Counted from the stretch's first letter, positions 43,130 through 55,587 are shown. The stretch: 64,000 bases of DNA from Burkholderiales bacterium (GCA_014860355.1 JACZJV010000062.1:759-64758), one strand, 5' to 3'. A program made the numbers and translations. The notes: generated from the letters alone by a model not told the origin.

Positions 43130-43399
43130 CTATTTGCGCGATTTTGCCGCACGCTCGCGCCGGGCTTTCTTCGGATCGTCAAGCAAGGGTCGATAGAGTT
43201 CCACGCGGTCCCGGTCGTGCAGCCTGGTTTCCGGGCTTGCCGGCCTACCCCATATCCCGGCGCGGCTGAACTCGATCTGCGGCTCACGCCGGAGCAAACC
43301 GCTGGCCTCGATCGCGTCCAGCACCGTGCTGCCGGGGGCGAGTTCGAGCTCCAACAGTTCCTGCTTCTGCGCCAGCGCGTAGGCCACTTCGATGCGCAT
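43130..43399 (-). CDS. rnfH: RnfH family protein
   Basis: MRIEVAYALAQKQELLELELAPGSTVLDAIEASGLL...RAGIWGRPASPETRLHDRDRVELYRPLLDDPKKARRERA. Confidence 0.92.
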   Translation of the reverse strand: MRIEVAYALAQKQELLELELAPGSTVLDAIEASGLLRREPQIEFSRAGIWGRPASPETRLHDRDRVELYRPLLDDPKKARRERAAKSRK

Positions 43400-43401
43400 G
43401 C

Positions 43402-43839
43402 CTAAGCCGCACCGTACAGTGCTGCTGCCCGCTTGACGAAGACTTCGACCAGGGTATTGGCGATGTGATTGAACACCGGTCCGGCAATCTTCTCCACCAG
43501 CTTGCCGGAGAGTTCATAGCTCAAGCGGAATTCGACTTTGCACGCCTGCTCCGATAGCGGAACGAAGCGCCAGAACCCGTCCAGGTGCTTGAACGGGCCG
43601 TTCATCAGCTTCATGTCGATCAGCGCGCCCTCGTCCATCTGATTCTCGGTGGTGAAGTGCAGGCGCAGGCCGTGATAGTTGACATGCAGTGTCGCCGCAG
43701 CCCGATGCGGGTCCAGTCGTTTCACCTCGGTGCCGCTGCACCAGGGCAGAAACTGCGGATACGCGTCTACGTCCGCCACCATCGCGTACATTTCGGCCGC
43801 GCTATGGCTTATCAGTACCGATTTTTCGACTATGGCCAT
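43402..43839 (-). CDS. ratA: Type II toxin-antitoxin/coenzyme Q-binding START family protein RatA
   Basis: VEKSVLISHSAAEMYAMVADVDAYPQFLPWCSGTEV; next to rnfH and smpB. Confidence 0.92.
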   Translation of the reverse strand: MAIVEKSVLISHSAAEMYAMVADVDAYPQFLPWCSGTEVKRLDPHRAAATLHVNYHGLRLHFTTENQMDEGALIDMKLMNGPFKHLDGFWRFVPLSEQACKVEFRLSYELSGKLVEKIAGPVFNHIANTLVEVFVKRAAALYGAA

Positions 43840-43931
43840 GAAGGCGCGACGCAACTGTTAAAATTGCCTAAACTCGGCAAGCCGGAACTAGGCAAAGTGC
43901 CTCCGGCGAAGGAAAAACCCTAATCCCACGA

Positions 43932-43957
43932 ACAAGGGGGGTGCACCCCCCCCTTGT
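43932..43957. repeat. G-run/C-run hairpin between ratA and smpB
   Basis: ACAAGGGGGG-TGCA-CCCCCCCCTTGT. Confidence 0.6.
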
Positions 43958-44056
43958 AAATCCCCCCGCGGATGCATGCTTGCCGTTAATTGAGATCTTC
44001 GCCATTCCCGCCAGCTCTCGACCGATAAGAGACCAATTGTACCAACACAAGCTTCC

Positions 44057-44509
44057 ATGAAGATCGCACAGAACAAAAAAGCCTTCCACGATTACTTCAT
44101 CGAGGAGCGTTATGAAGCCGGTCTGGTGCTCCAGGGTTGGGAAGCCAAGGCCATCCGCGCCGGACGGGTGCAGCTCAAGGACGCCTATGTGCTCATCCGT
44201 GGAGCCGAAATCTACATGGTCGGCGGCCATATCAGCGCGCTGCCTACGGCGTCCACCCATATCAATCCTGATCCGGTGCGCACGCGCAAGCTGCTGCTCC
44301 ATGCCGGGGAAATCCAGCACCTGATCGGCAAGGTCGAACGCGCCGGCTACACCCTGGTGCCGCTGGATATGCACTACAAGAACGGCAGAATCAAGATCGA
44401 CATCGGCCTTGCCCGCGGCAAGAAGCAGCACGACAAGCGCGAGACCGAGAAGAAGCGCGACTGGGATCGCGAGAAACAGCGCTTGATGCGGTCACACAGC
44501 AAGAGCTAG
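44057..44509 (+). CDS. smpB: SsrA-binding protein
   Basis: [45 protein letters not shown]. Confidence 0.98.
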   Translation: MKIAQNKKAFHDYFIEERYEAGLVLQGWEAKAIRAGRVQLKDAYVLIRGAEIYMVGGHISALPTASTHINPDPVRTRKLLLHAGEIQHLIGKVERAGYTLVPLDMHYKNGRIKIDIGLARGKKQHDKRETEKKRDWDREKQRLMRSHSKS

Positions 44510-44603
44510 CGCTGCGTGCGCACTCGCAGGGAACGCAGCCGCGACGCGCGTCGTAGGCGCGGGCGTTTAAGCGGCTCGCAGTGGATTTTCGCGCGGGCGG
44601 TAC

Positions 44604-45395
44604 TCAAATTCGCTGGCGCACCTGCTCGAACAGGCAAATCGCCGCCGCAGCCGCGACATTCAAGGATTCCGCGCCGCCGGGCATGGGTATGCGCAATTGC
44701 TCGGCCGCTGCAGCACTCAGCGCAGCGCTCAAGCCCGCGCCTTCGTTGCCGAACGCCCAGGCCAGCGGGCCGCGCAGGTCGGCCTGATATATGGATTTTT
44801 CTGCGTGGCTGCTGGCGCAGATCAGCCGCCCCGACAGCCTGCCCAAGGAGGCATGCAGATTGACGTTGTCGTATATCTCCAGGCTGAAGTGCGCGCCCAT
44901 TCCGGCGCGCAGCACCTTGGGCGACCAGGCGAAGGCGCAGCCATGGGAGAGCAGGACGGTGGAGACGCCCGCTGCCGCCGTGCTACGCAGTATGGACCCG
45001 AGATTGCCCGCGTCCTGTATGCTTTCCAGCATCACGCAGTGTTCGATCCTGTCCGGCAACGGACCTGGCTGTGGGGTGCGTATCAGCGCAACGATTCCGG
45101 TCGGCGTCGCGACTTGGGCGACCTCGTTGAACAGCGCATCGGCGAGCACCAGCAGCGCCTGCCCGGCAATGCCTCGGGCGAGCGCGGCAGCCTGCGCGTC
45201 GGACGCGCCGCTTTCGCTCAGTATCAGCTGCTCGGGCACGCCGCCACTGGCGCGATAGGCAGCGATCAAGTGCAATCCGTCGAGCAGCGCCAGACCAGCC
45301 TTGCGCCGTTCGCGCGTGGAAGTGGCGAGCTGGCGCAGCAATTTGAAGCGCGGATTGTCGCGCGAGCGTATCAGCTTCAGGTCAGGATCGAGCAT
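44604..45395 (-). CDS. TrmH/SpoU family RNA methyltransferase
   Basis: LIRSRDNPRFKLLRQLATSTRERRKAGLALLDGLHL; LESIQDAGNLGSILRSTAAAGV; GPLAWAFGNEGAGLS. Confidence 0.93.
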   Translation of the reverse strand: MLDPDLKLIRSRDNPRFKLLRQLATSTRERRKAGLALLDGLHLIAAYRASGGVPEQLILSESGASDAQAAALARGIAGQALLVLADALFNEVAQVATPTGIVALIRTPQPGPLPDRIEHCVMLESIQDAGNLGSILRSTAAAGVSTVLLSHGCAFAWSPKVLRAGMGAHFSLEIYDNVNLHASLGRLSGRLICASSHAEKSIYQADLRGPLAWAFGNEGAGLSAALSAAAAEQLRIPMPGGAESLNVAAAAAICLFEQVRQRI

Positions 45396-45420
45396 GCGCT
45401 GAACCCGGCGGAAGTAGTGC

Positions 45421-45987
45421 TCAGCCCTGAAGCAGCTTGCGTATCGGCGCGTAGCTGCGCCGGTGGATCTCGCACGCGCCGTGCTGCGCCAGGGCGGCGA
45501 GATGCGAGGTCGTAGGATAGCCCTTGTGACGATCGAGTCCATAACACGGATAGAGCAGGTGCAGACGCATCATTTCGGCGTCGCGCGCGGTCTTGGCCAG
45601 TATCGATGCGGCGGAAATCGCCGGGATCTTGCCATCGCCCCTGATGACGGCCTTGACCGGATATCCGATCCTGGGGCAATGATTGCCGTCGACCAGCACT
45701 TCGGCCGGCGCCACACCCAACTGCTCAACCGCGCGGCGCATGGCGAGCAGGCTCGCCTGCAGGATATTGAGTGCGTCGATTTCGGCCACGCTAGCCCACG
45801 CAATCGCCCACGCCAGCGCGCGCCCGCGTATTTGCCCGGCAACTTCCTCCCGCCGCGACGCGCTCAGCATTTTGGAATCTGCCAGACCGGCGATGTGCGC
45901 GCCGGGGTCGAGGATCACCGCTGCCGCGCAGACCGGTCCGGCGAGCGGCCCCCGCCCCGCTTCGTCCACGCCGCATACGAGATTCAT
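45421..45987 (-). CDS. rnhB: Ribonuclease HII
   Basis: [26 protein letters not shown]; [26 protein letters not shown]. Confidence 0.96.
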   Translation of the reverse strand: MNLVCGVDEAGRGPLAGPVCAAAVILDPGAHIAGLADSKMLSASRREEVAGQIRGRALAWAIAWASVAEIDALNILQASLLAMRRAVEQLGVAPAEVLVDGNHCPRIGYPVKAVIRGDGKIPAISAASILAKTARDAEMMRLHLLYPCYGLDRHKGYPTTSHLAALAQHGACEIHRRSYAPIRKLLQG

Positions 45988-47153
45988 GCGGGTTGCGCAC
46001 TCGTGCGCCCGAGCAGCGGCAGCACCGCCCTGGCAGCCTGCTCCGCGGTATTGCGCTTGAGCTCGCGGTGGATGGCGGCAAAGCGCTGCGACAGACGCGC
46101 GCGCACCACACCGTCGTTGAGCGCATTGAACAAGGCCTGCGCCAGGTTTTCCGCAGTGGCGTCGTGCTGCAGCAGCTCGGGTACGACAAACTCGCCGGCC
46201 AGGATATTGGGCAGGCCGACGTAGGGCTTGTAAGCCATGCGCCGCATCAGCAGCCAGCTCGCCCCGGCCATCTTGTAGGTGATCACCATGGGTTTTTTCA
46301 GCAGCGCCGCCTCCAGCGTGGCGGTGCCGCTGGCCACCAGTGCGACATCGGCCGCTGCAAGCGCGTCCCGGGCATGTCCGAACAATATCGTCAGAGGCAG
46401 TTCGCCTGCGCCGCCCCGATATATGGCGGCTTCGAAGATCTCGCGCGTTTCGCGGCTGACCAGTGGAACGAGAAACAGCGGCCGCTCCACTTTCTGCACC
46501 AGAAGCTTGGCCGTGGCGATGAACGTGTCCGCCATGTAGCGCAATTCGGACTGCCGGCTGCCAGGCAACAGGGCGAACACTTTGCGTTCGGGCTCGATCT
46601 TGAGCCGCTCGCGCGTAGCGGCAGTCTGGTCCTCCTGCGGAATCAGGTCGGCGAGCGGATGACCGACGTAGCTGGCGGCTATGCCCGCCTTGCGATATAT
46701 CTCGGATTCGAACGGAAACAGGGTCAGCACGAGATCGACGCAATGCGCAATTGCGCCGATGCGGCCGCCGCGCCAGGCCCAGATCGAGGGGCTGACGTAG
46801 TGCACCACCCGCACCCCGGCACGCTTGAGTCCGGCCTCCAGGCCCAGGTTGAAATCCGGCGCGTCTACGCCGATGAATAACTGCGGCCTCACCTTGAGCA
46901 GCGCCAGTTTCAGCTTGTGTCGCATCCATACCAGGCCGGCATAATGCCGCAGCACCTCGGCGTAGCCGCGCACCGCAAGGCGTTCCATCGGAAACAGGCT
47001 GGTCAATCCCTGGGTTTGCATTCTCGGGCCGCCGATGCCGACAAAGCCGGCATCGGGCAAGTGCGCGCGCAAGGCCGCGATCAGGTGCGCCCCCAGCAGA
47101 TCGCCCGAGGCCTCCCCGGCCACGATGCCAATGATGAGCGGCCCTTGCCTCAC
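45984..47153 (-). CDS. lpxB: Lipid-A-disaccharide synthase
   Basis: [22 protein letters not shown]; [32 protein letters not shown]. Confidence 0.97.
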   Translation of the reverse strand: MRQGPLIIGIVAGEASGDLLGAHLIAALRAHLPDAGFVGIGGPRMQTQGLTSLFPMERLAVRGYAEVLRHYAGLVWMRHKLKLALLKVRPQLFIGVDAPDFNLGLEAGLKRAGVRVVHYVSPSIWAWRGGRIGAIAHCVDLVLTLFPFESEIYRKAGIAASYVGHPLADLIPQEDQTAATRERLKIEPERKVFALLPGSRQSELRYMADTFIATAKLLVQKVERPLFLVPLVSRETREIFEAAIYRGGAGELPLTILFGHARDALAAADVALVASGTATLEAALLKKPMVITYKMAGASWLLMRRMAYKPYVGLPNILAGEFVVPELLQHDATAENLAQALFNALNDGVVRARLSQRFAAIHRELKRNTAEQAARAVLPLLGRTSAQPA

Positions 47154-47154
47154 G

Positions 47155-47925
47155 TCAGCGCACGATCCCGCGGGTCGAGGTCTGCAGAAAATCGCTGAGC
47201 AGGCGGATTTCAGCGCAGCTGCCGGCGTGCTCGGCCAGCTGCCTCCTGGCCTGGTCCAGCGTCAGGCTGCTCTTGTACAGGGTCTTGTAGGCGCGTTTGA
47301 TCTCGGTGAGCGCCGCGGCGGAGTAGCCACGCCGGCGCAGGCCTTCGGAATTGATGCCATATGGTTTGGCCGTATCCCCAGCGGCCATTACGTAAGGAGG
47401 CAGGTCGTGTACCAGCACCGTAGCGATGGCGGTGAAGCTGTGGGCGCCGATGCGCACGAACTGGTGCACGCCGGTGAAGCCGCCGAGGATGGCGTAATCG
47501 CCGACATGCACGTGGCCGGCGAGCTGCGCGTTATTGGCGAAAATGGCATGGCTGCCGATCTGACAGTCGTGCGCAATGTGCACGTAAGCCATGATCCAGT
47601 TGTCGTTGCCCACGCGGGTGACGCCTGCATCCTGCGCGGTGCCGCAATTCAGGCTGCAGAACTCGCGTATGGTGTTGCCGTCGCCGATTTCCAGCCGCGT
47701 CGGTTCGCCCGCGTATTTCTTGTCCTGGGGTACGGCGCCCAGCGAAGAAAACTGAAAAACGCGATTGTCCCTGCCGATCCTGGTATGCCCTTCGACCACG
47801 ACGTGAGGACCGATCCGGGTATCGTTGCCGATCTCCACATGCTCGCCGATCAGGCTGTAGGCGCCGATAGTGACGTTGTCCCCGAGCCTAGCGCCGGGGT
47901 GAACGATGGCGCTCGGATGGATCAT
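47155..47925 (-). CDS. lpxA: UDP-GlcNAc O-acyltransferase
   Basis: [33 protein letters not shown] hexapeptide repeats; GINSEGLRRRGYS. Confidence 0.97.
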   Translation of the reverse strand: MIHPSAIVHPGARLGDNVTIGAYSLIGEHVEIGNDTRIGPHVVVEGHTRIGRDNRVFQFSSLGAVPQDKKYAGEPTRLEIGDGNTIREFCSLNCGTAQDAGVTRVGNDNWIMAYVHIAHDCQIGSHAIFANNAQLAGHVHVGDYAILGGFTGVHQFVRIGAHSFTAIATVLVHDLPPYVMAAGDTAKPYGINSEGLRRRGYSAAALTEIKRAYKTLYKSSLTLDQARRQLAEHAGSCAEIRLLSDFLQTSTRGIVR

Positions 47926-48359
47926 CAGATCGGTCGCAGGGTGCAAAGCAGCTCGGCTTCCGCCACGAGCGCGTCCCCTACATAGGCCCTACCGGCGTAT
48001 TTGACCACGTTGCGTACGGTGCGCACGATGCTCACCTCGAGCACCAGCTGGTCCCCGGGCATGACCGGTTTCTTGAAGCGCGCCTTGTCGATGCCGGCAA
48101 AATAGTACACCGATTTGTCGTCGGGTTTGGTGCCCATGGTGCGAAACGACAGGATCGCCGCGGCCTGCGCCATGGCCTCGACGATGAGCACCCCCGGCAT
48201 GACCTTGAAGTACGGAAAATGGCCGTTGAAATAGGGCTCGTTGACGCTGACGTTTTTCAGCGCCCGAATGCGCTTGCCCAGCTCGCACTCGATGACGCGG
48301 TCGATAAGCAGGAACGGATAGCGATGCGGCAGGTATTCGAGGATTTCCTGGATGTTCAA
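47925..48359 (-). CDS. fabZ: 3-hydroxyacyl-ACP dehydratase FabZ (TTG start)
   Basis: [24 protein letters not shown]; [25 protein letters not shown]. Confidence 0.96.
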   Translation of the reverse strand: MNIQEILEYLPHRYPFLLIDRVIECELGKRIRALKNVSVNEPYFNGHFPYFKVMPGVLIVEAMAQAAAILSFRTMGTKPDDKSVYYFAGIDKARFKKPVMPGDQLVLEVSIVRTVRNVVKYAGRAYVGDALVAEAELLCTLRPI

Positions 48360-49396
48360 GTTTGTTTCTCCAGCGTTGACAGGCGTTGCTCGATGTTGCG
48401 TAACCGTGCAAGCAGCGAGTCCAGATGGCGCAGCAAAGCCATATGCTTTGCCCAGCTGCGGCTGTCTTCGGCCGGGTTGCCGCCATATGTTCCGGCTTCG
48501 CGTATCGACTTGGTGACCACGGTCGCGCCGTGGATGACGACGCGGTCGGCGATTTCCACATGCCCCATGATATTGGCCCCGCCGCCGATCATGCAGTGTT
48601 TGCCTATGCGCGTACTGCCCGCAATGCCGACGCAACCGGCGATCGCGGTATGCGCGCCTACGCGCACGTTGTGCGCGATCTGGATCAGGTTATCCATTTT
48701 GACCCCGTCTTCTATCACGGTGTCGTCCAGCGCGCCCCGGTCTATGCAGGTATTGGCGCCGATCTCCACATCGTCGCCGATGAGCACGCCCCCGATCTGC
48801 GGAATTTTGCGCCAGCGCCCGCCGTCGAGCACGATGCCGAAGCCGTCCGCGCCGATCACCGCGCCCGAATGCACCAGCGCCCGCTCCCCCAGGCGACAAC
48901 CTGCGTAGACCGTGACGCGCGCGTGCAAGCGGCTGGCGGCGCCGATTTCGACCGCATCGCCCAGGTGGCAGCCCGGTCCTATTATCACTCCTTCGCCCAG
49001 CTTGACGCCGCGACCGATACAGGCGCCGGCGCCCACGCTGGCGCTCGCAGGGATACTGGTCCCGCGCTCCACGACCGCTGTGGGGTGCACCCCGCCGCTC
49101 GCCACCGCAGGCGGATTGAACAGGGAGGAGACCTTGGCAAAATACAGGTATGGATTGTCGCAGACGATGCGCGGCAGATCGGTTACATCGCTGTCCGCTT
49201 TGCCGACGATCACTGCGCCGGCGCGCGTAGCAGCAAGCAGCTTGCGGAATTTGGCGTGGCTGAGAAAGCCGACGTGCTGGGGGAGCGCATTCTCGAGCGT
49301 GGCGACCTGGCTGACCGCCGTCAGCGGGTTGCCGATGATCTCACCACCGAAGCGTTCGACAATCTGGGCCAGGCGGTATTTCTTGGCCTTAGCCAT
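48356..49396 (-). CDS. lpxD: UDP-3-O-(3-hydroxymyristoyl)glucosamine N-acyltransferase
   Basis: [29 protein letters not shown]; long hexapeptide repeat region. Confidence 0.97.
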   Translation of the reverse strand: MAKAKKYRLAQIVERFGGEIIGNPLTAVSQVATLENALPQHVGFLSHAKFRKLLAATRAGAVIVGKADSDVTDLPRIVCDNPYLYFAKVSSLFNPPAVASGGVHPTAVVERGTSIPASASVGAGACIGRGVKLGEGVIIGPGCHLGDAVEIGAASRLHARVTVYAGCRLGERALVHSGAVIGADGFGIVLDGGRWRKIPQIGGVLIGDDVEIGANTCIDRGALDDTVIEDGVKMDNLIQIAHNVRVGAHTAIAGCVGIAGSTRIGKHCMIGGGANIMGHVEIADRVVIHGATVVTKSIREAGTYGGNPAEDSRSWAKHMALLRHLDSLLARLRNIEQRLSTLEKQT

Positions 49397-49405
49397 CGGA
49401 GCCGA

Positions 49406-49909
49406 CTATTTCCCTGCCGGTTTGTCTTCCAGAGCCTTGATCACCTTGTCTGTGAGGTCGATGCGCGGGCTGGCATAGACCGCCTCCTGGAAGATGATGT
49501 CGTATTTCTCCGACTCGGCAATGGCCTTGATGGCGCGGTTGGCGCGCTCGAGCACCGCGGCAAGCTCGTCATTGCGCCGCTGGTTCAGATCCTCGCGGAA
49601 CTCGCGTTGCTTGCGCTGAAAATCCTTGTTCAGTTCGCCAAATTCGCGCTCCTTGGTACGACGCTCGGTTTCACTCATGGTGACCGCGTTCTTCTCGAGG
49701 TTCTCCTGCAGCTTGCGAATCTGCTCGGCCATGCTCTGCATTTCCTTGTCGCGTTTGGCGAACTCCTGTTCGATTTTTTTCTGCGCACGCACCGCGGGCG
49801 CGGCATCGCGAAACACCCTCTCTGTGTTTACGAATCCAACCTTGACTTCAGCGGCGGCGGCACTGCTGCACATCAGCACAGCCAGCGCGACAAATACTAT
49901 ATTTTTCAA
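49406..49909 (-). CDS. skp: OmpH/Skp periplasmic chaperone (TTG start, SD AGGAGAT)
   Basis: KVGFVNTERVFRDAAPAVRAQKKIEQEFAKRDKEMQSMAEQI; next to bamA. Confidence 0.92.
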   Translation of the reverse strand: MKNIVFVALAVLMCSSAAAAEVKVGFVNTERVFRDAAPAVRAQKKIEQEFAKRDKEMQSMAEQIRKLQENLEKNAVTMSETERRTKEREFGELNKDFQRKQREFREDLNQRRNDELAAVLERANRAIKAIAESEKYDIIFQEAVYASPRIDLTDKVIKALEDKPAGK

Positions 49910-49926
49910 CCCGATCTCCTCGATCC

Positions 49927-52206
49927 CTAAAAGACCTGACCCAACAGGAACTGCATGCGCTGAATCCTGTCGCCTTCCTGGATGTTGAGCGGGAAGCCAT
50001 AGCTCAGGCGTATCGGACCCACGGGCGATGTCCAGTTGAACGCCAACCCGGTCGAATAGCGCAAGTCGGACATGCTCATTTTCTCGCCTGCGCCCCAAAC
50101 CTGGCCGGCGTCGACAAACACGCTCAAGCGCATGGAACGGTCCATGCCCGTACCCGGCATCGGGAACAGCACTTCAGCGTTACCGACCAGGCGCCTTGTG
50201 CCACCGATGGGGTCGCCGAGATCGTCGCGCGGGCCGAGCGAGTACGAATCGTAGCCGCGCACCGAACTGACGCCGCCCGCGTAAAAATTCTTGTAAAACG
50301 GCAGGGGCTTTCCCTCCGTGCCATCGGCGGTGCCGATTTCGCCGTTGAGCATAAAGGTATAGGTGCGCGACAGCGGGTAATACCATTGCACCTGCTCCGT
50401 GAGCTTGTAGTATTTGAGCGTTCCGCCCGGCAATCCGGCTTCCAGATTGGCGCGGATCAAGGTGCCACTGGTAGGCGTAAGCGCGCTGTCGCGCTGCTCG
50501 CGTATCCAGCCTATCGTTCCAGGAACGGTGGTATTGTCGTTGCCAAAAATCTGGACAAACTCTTTGTACGTAGTCGGGCTGGTCTCGTTGATGCCGAGCT
50601 TGGTGTTTTCCACGCCGAGCCCCAAACCGAGGTTATCCACCTCGGTCAGCGGTATGCCGAAGCGCACCCCTGCACCCGTTGTGTCCGTAGTGTAATAGCC
50701 CAGGCTGAGATAGGACGCGTCGAGACGGCGTTTGTAGATGTCGAAGCCGCGGCTGACGCCGTCCACCGTGTAATAGGGATTGGTAAAGCTCAGGCTGGCA
50801 TTGCGGTTAACCTTGCTGGTGCTTAGAGCCGCCGTGATGTGCTTGCCGCTGCCAAATATATTCTGCTGCGAAATCGAGCCGCTGAGGATCACTTTTTCCT
50901 CGGAGGAAAAGCCCGCGCCGAGCGTAATGGCTCCGGTCGGCTTTTCCTTGACCTTGATACTTACATCCACCTGGTCCGAGGTGCCCGGCACCGCGGGCGT
51001 CTCGACGTCGACCTCCGTAAAATATCCCAGGCGATCCAGGCGCAGCTTGGATTTCTGTATCTTGTCGGCATCGTAGTAGGCACCCTCGAGTTGCCGCATC
51101 TCGCGGCGCACCACTTCGTCGCGGCTTCGGGTATTTCCCGAGACGTTGATACGACGCACGTAAACCCGCCGCCCCGGATCGATCATGATGGTCAATGCGA
51201 CGCGCTTTGCAGCCTTGTCCAGTTCGGGAACGGCGTTCGCGTTGGCGAATGCGTAGCCTTCGTTTCCCAGCCTGTCGGTGATGTTCTTGGTGCTCTCGTT
51301 GAGTTTCTGGCGCGAGAAGGTCTCCCCGGGCTTCAACTGGACCAGCCCGCGCAATTCGGACTCCGGCAGCAGCATATCGCCGCCCAAATTGACATCCGAC
51401 ACGGTGTACTTGTCGCCCTCGCGGATATTTACCGTAATGTAGATGTCCTTCTTGTCCGGAGTGATCGATACTTGGGTCGAGTCGATGCTGAACTCAAGAT
51501 AGCCGTTGTTAAGATAGAACGAGCGCAGGGTCTCGAGATCGCCGGACAATTTCTGTTTCGAATACTGGTCGTTCTTGGTGTACCAGGTCAGCCATCCCGG
51601 CGTCTGCAGCACAAAGAGGTCGAGCAGATCTTTCTCCCTGAATGCATTGTTGCCGATGATATTGATTTGACGGATCTTGGTGACGTCCCCTTCGTTGATG
51701 GAGAAGCTGACGCCCACGCGATTGCGCTCGAGCGGGGTGACAGTTGCAACGACGCTGGCGCCGTAGAGCCCGCGGGAGAGGTATTGCCGCTTGATCTCCT
51801 GCTCGGCCTGGTCGAGCAGCGCCTTGTCGAATGAGCGTCCCTCGGCCAGGCCGATTTCGCGCAGCCCCTTGCGCAAGGCCTCTTTTTCGAACTCCTTGTT
51901 GCCGATGAAGTCGATTTGCGTCACGGCCGGACGCTCCTCGACCATCACAATCAGCACGTCGCGCTGCACCTCGAGTCGTACATCCTTGAAGAAACCGGTC
52001 GCAAACAAGGACTTGATCGCAGCGGCCGCTTTTTCATCCGTCATGGTCTCGCCGACCTTGACCGGGAGGTAGCTGAATACGGTTCCGGCCTCGATGCGCT
52101 GGATGCCTTCGACGCGTATGTCGCGCACCACGAAAGGATCGAAGGCATGTGCCGCGCCGATCCACAGGCAGGCGCACGCGGCAGCGAGATATCTGGTCAT
52201 GGTCAC
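49927..52206 (-). CDS. bamA: Outer membrane protein assembly factor BamA
   Basis: [36 protein letters not shown]; [29 protein letters not shown] barrel. Confidence 0.98.
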   Translation of the reverse strand: MTMTRYLAAACACLWIGAAHAFDPFVVRDIRVEGIQRIEAGTVFSYLPVKVGETMTDEKAAAAIKSLFATGFFKDVRLEVQRDVLIVMVEERPAVTQIDFIGNKEFEKEALRKGLREIGLAEGRSFDKALLDQAEQEIKRQYLSRGLYGASVVATVTPLERNRVGVSFSINEGDVTKIRQINIIGNNAFREKDLLDLFVLQTPGWLTWYTKNDQYSKQKLSGDLETLRSFYLNNGYLEFSIDSTQVSITPDKKDIYITVNIREGDKYTVSDVNLGGDMLLPESELRGLVQLKPGETFSRQKLNESTKNITDRLGNEGYAFANANAVPELDKAAKRVALTIMIDPGRRVYVRRINVSGNTRSRDEVVRREMRQLEGAYYDADKIQKSKLRLDRLGYFTEVDVETPAVPGTSDQVDVSIKVKEKPTGAITLGAGFSSEEKVILSGSISQQNIFGSGKHITAALSTSKVNRNASLSFTNPYYTVDGVSRGFDIYKRRLDASYLSLGYYTTDTTGAGVRFGIPLTEVDNLGLGLGVENTKLGINETSPTTYKEFVQIFGNDNTTVPGTIGWIREQRDSALTPTSGTLIRANLEAGLPGGTLKYYKLTEQVQWYYPLSRTYTFMLNGEIGTADGTEGKPLPFYKNFYAGGVSSVRGYDSYSLGPRDDLGDPIGGTRRLVGNAEVLFPMPGTGMDRSMRLSVFVDAGQVWGAGEKMSMSDLRYSTGLAFNWTSPVGPIRLSYGFPLNIQEGDRIQRMQFLLGQVF

Positions 52207-52208
52207 GT

Positions 52209-53573
52209 TCAGCTGGAGATCAAGCGGTTAATGTCGTTATAGAAGGCAAAGGCCATCAGTACCAGCAACAGGGTCAGACCGAGTTTCTGGCCGAATTCCA
52301 TCACGCGATCCGATACCGGGCTACCCTTGAAAATTTCGATCGTATAATACATCAAATGCCCCCCATCCAATAAGGGAATCGGCAGCAGGTTGAGTACCCC
52401 GAGGCTGATGCTGATCAATGCCAGAAAGCTCAAGTATGAAACCAGCCCGAGCTGCGCCGATTGCCCGGCATAATCGGCGATGGTCACCGGACCGCTGAGA
52501 TTCTTCCACGACACCTGCCCGACCAGCATCCGTCCGAGCATCTTCAGGCTGAACACCGACGTGTCCCAGGTCTTCTCAGCCGCCTTCGCCAGTGCACTGA
52601 AGGCACCGTAGCGTACCACGGTAACGAGTTCGTCCAAAGCGTGCGGGTCGAGCTGCGCCGCCGCGCCAATGCGCCCTATGGCGGAGCCGTTCTGCTGCAC
52701 CGTTTCCGGAACCAGCGCGAGTTCGCGCTGTTCGTCTCCGCGCCGATAGTTCAGCCGCAGCTCGCGTCCTGGATGACTGCGCACGAGTTGTACCAATTCA
52801 CTCCAGGAAACGACTGGTTTGCCGTCGGCCGCAAGTATCTGATCGCCAGGCTGCAATCCCGCCCGCTGCGCCACGCCGCCGTCCACAACCTCGCCGATCA
52901 CCGGTTTGATTTCCGGCCGATATAGCCTGAAGCCGATCAAGGCCAGGGTATCGCCTTCGAGTTGCTCCGCGTCGATGGGGGACAGATCGAGCGAGCGCCA
53001 GTTGATCTGGTTATTGCGGTTGAGCACCTCCACCCTGACGCGCTGACGCTCGAGCGCCAGCTGCAGCATGCGCCAGCGCACGTCCTGCCAGGTAGCGACC
53101 GGCTCGCCATTGATGGCGCGTATGGTTTCTCCCGCCTCGAATCCGGCGCTTGCAGCCGGGGTATCCGGCTGCGGCAGATCCACTATGGGTCGCGCTTCCT
53201 GCACGCCGTGCATGAACAGCAGCCAATACAGGAGTATTGCAAACAGGAAGTTGGCCAGCGGCCCGGCAATGACCACGGCGTAACGCCGCCACACGCTCTG
53301 CCGGTTGAAGGCACGGTCGAGCTCCTGCTGCCCCACCTCGCCCTCGCGTTCGTCCAGCATCTTGACGTAACCACCCAGCGGCACCGCGGCCACCACCCAT
53401 TCGGTCTGATCGCGCCCGAATCGCCTTTTCCACAGGGGCATGCCGAAGCCGATGGAGAAACGCAATACTTTGACGCCGCATAGTCGCGCGACGAGGTAGT
53501 GTCCGTATTCGTGCACGACGACCAGCGCCCCCAGCGCGATAACGAATGCGGCTATGGTGTGCAGCAGGTTCAT
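52209..53573 (-). CDS. rseP: RIP metalloprotease RseP
   Basis: [32 protein letters not shown] (HExxH); PDZ domains; [14 protein letters not shown]. Confidence 0.97.
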   Translation of the reverse strand: MNLLHTIAAFVIALGALVVVHEYGHYLVARLCGVKVLRFSIGFGMPLWKRRFGRDQTEWVVAAVPLGGYVKMLDEREGEVGQQELDRAFNRQSVWRRYAVVIAGPLANFLFAILLYWLLFMHGVQEARPIVDLPQPDTPAASAGFEAGETIRAINGEPVATWQDVRWRMLQLALERQRVRVEVLNRNNQINWRSLDLSPIDAEQLEGDTLALIGFRLYRPEIKPVIGEVVDGGVAQRAGLQPGDQILAADGKPVVSWSELVQLVRSHPGRELRLNYRRGDEQRELALVPETVQQNGSAIGRIGAAAQLDPHALDELVTVVRYGAFSALAKAAEKTWDTSVFSLKMLGRMLVGQVSWKNLSGPVTIADYAGQSAQLGLVSYLSFLALISISLGVLNLLPIPLLDGGHLMYYTIEIFKGSPVSDRVMEFGQKLGLTLLLVLMAFAFYNDINRLISS

Positions 53574-53575
53574 GG

Positions 53576-54760
53576 CTAGACCGTCATCGCCTCGACCCGA
53601 AGTGCGGCATGCCGGCGCGCAGCGGCATCGGCGTCGAGCACATCGGCCAAGCTGCTGAGCGCGCGCGGGCGCAATTCGTTCATTACCGCCTCGATCACTG
53701 CGGTGATCGCAAGGAATGGCAGGCGCCGCTCGAGGAAGGCGCTCACGGCAACCTCATTCGCCGCATTCAGCGTCGCGGGACTGGTGCCGCCTTCCTTCAA
53801 GGCGCGATAGCCCAGCCGCAGAGCCGGAAAGCGCACGAAATCCGGCGTGCTGAAATCGAGTCTGCCGATGCGCGTCAGGTCGAGGGAACCCACGCCCGCT
53901 TCGATCCGCTCGGGAAAAGCCAGGGCGTGCGCGATCGGCGTGCGCATGTCGGGGTTGCCGAGCTGGGCGATGACCGAGCCGTCTGCGTATTCCACCATGG
54001 AATGCACCACGCTCTGCGGATGCACCACCACCTCTATCTGTTCATGCGTCGCGCCGAACAGCCAGTGCGCCTCGATGATCTCGAGCGCCTTGTTCATCAT
54101 GGTCGCCGAATCCACGGAAATCTTGCGCCCCATCACCCAGTTTGGATGCGCGCAGGCTTCCTCAGGCGTCACGCTGTGCAGGCGTTCCAGCGGTACTTCA
54201 CGGAACGGCCCGCCGGATGCGGTCAACAGCACCCGCCGCACGCCGTGTGCGCCCAGTTCGCCCGAGAACGCATCCGGCAGACACTGGAACACCGCATTGT
54301 GCTCGCTGTCTATCGGCAGCAGTGTGGCGTGATGGCTGCGCACCGCTTCCATGAATATCGGTCCGGCCATGACCAGGGCTTCCTTATTGGCGAGCAGCAG
54401 CTTCTTGCCCGCCCGCGCCGCCGCGAGCGTAGGCGCGAGGCCGGCAGCACCGACGATGGCCGCCATGACGCAGTCGGTTTCCGCGTGGGCCGCAATGCGC
54501 TCCAGGCCCTGCGGTCCTGTGAGGATTTCGGTAGCGCCTGATTGCAGGCGCCTGCCCAGCGCCTCGGCCTGGAGCGCGTGTGCCACCACCGCGTAGCGCG
54601 GCCGGTGGCGCAGGCACAACTCGGCCAGTTCATCCATGCGCTCGTTCGCGCTCAGCGCGAAAATGCGAAAACGCTGCGGATAGCGCGCGGCCACATCCAG
54701 GGTGTTGAGCCCGATGGAACCGGTGGCGCCGAGTATGGCGAGGTTCTGCAGCCCGCTCAT
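53576..54760 (-). CDS. dxr: 1-deoxy-D-xylulose 5-phosphate reductoisomerase
   Basis: [25 protein letters not shown]; [16 protein letters not shown]; [23 protein letters not shown]-like motif. Confidence 0.98.
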   Translation of the reverse strand: MSGLQNLAILGATGSIGLNTLDVAARYPQRFRIFALSANERMDELAELCLRHRPRYAVVAHALQAEALGRRLQSGATEILTGPQGLERIAAHAETDCVMAAIVGAAGLAPTLAAARAGKKLLLANKEALVMAGPIFMEAVRSHHATLLPIDSEHNAVFQCLPDAFSGELGAHGVRRVLLTASGGPFREVPLERLHSVTPEEACAHPNWVMGRKISVDSATMMNKALEIIEAHWLFGATHEQIEVVVHPQSVVHSMVEYADGSVIAQLGNPDMRTPIAHALAFPERIEAGVGSLDLTRIGRLDFSTPDFVRFPALRLGYRALKEGGTSPATLNAANEVAVSAFLERRLPFLAITAVIEAVMNELRPRALSSLADVLDADAAARRHAALRVEAMTV

Positions 54761-55587
54761 ATGAGATACGCCAGCGCCGCCACCGGCAGCACCGCGGTAA
54801 GCGCATCGATGCGATCCAGCACCCCGCCGTGCCCTGGCAGCAAGACGCCGCTGTCCTTGACTCCTGCCTGCCGCTTCAAAGCCGATTCGAACAAATCGCC
54901 ATAGATGCCGATCGCGGTGAGCAGCCACAGGAACAGCAGCATGCCGAAGGCGCCGTAGTGCATGGATTTAAGCGCGTGCGGGAAATACAACTGCCATGCG
55001 TAGCTCCACAGCGCGGCATATGCGCCCACGGCCAGCACCGCCCCGGTCACGCCTTCCCAGGTTTTGCCGGGGCTGATGGAGGGCGCAAGTTTGCGCCGGC
55101 CAAAGCGGCGTCCGGCGAAATAGGCGGCGATGTCCGAAATCCAGGCGACCGACAACAGCAGCAATAGCACCCAGGGACCGAGCTTGCGCAATTCCACCAG
55201 CGCAAGCCATGTCGGCACCAGGACCACGAGGCCGGTCGCCGCCCCCAGCCAGCGGGACCTGGGCAGCCAGGAGCGCCAGAGCCACAGCGGCACGACCACC
55301 ATCCAGAACAGGCCCGCAACCAGATAAACCGCGGCTTGGATGCCGATCTGGCCGATACGGGCATCCCCCCGCTCCACGGCAATCAGGGAGGCACAGGCGG
55401 CCGCGACGAGAACGACGTACAGGCCGCAGGCGGTGTGCCGGAGTTTGATCAGCTTGCCCCATTCCCATGCGGCAGGTATCACCAATGCTCCGGCAAACGC
55501 GGCCCATGCGCGAGGCGGGAGCCAGAACAGCGCCGCCAGAAACAGGACCAACAATACCAGCGCCGTGATGACCCGCGTCTTGAGCAT
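54757..55587 (-). CDS. cdsA: Phosphatidate cytidylyltransferase
   Basis: [31 protein letters not shown]; [34 protein letters not shown]. Confidence 0.97.
   Translation of the reverse strand: MLKTRVITALVLLVLFLAALFWLPPRAWAAFAGALVIPAAWEWGKLIKLRHTACGLYVVLVAAACASLIAVERGDARIGQIGIQAAVYLVAGLFWMVVVPLWLWRSWLPRSRWLGAATGLVVLVPTWLALVELRKLGPWVLLLLLSVAWISDIAAYFAGRRFGRRKLAPSISPGKTWEGVTGAVLAVGAYAALWSYAWQLYFPHALKSMHYGAFGMLLFLWLLTAIGIYGDLFESALKRQAGVKDSGVLLPGHGGVLDRIDALTAVLPVAALAYLI

Noticed and set aside
43402-43839. RatA as the toxin of a toxin-antitoxin system with RnfH
   Set aside because: ratA-rnfH beside smpB is a conserved housekeeping arrangement and the toxin annotation is historical; no evidence here for a TA module
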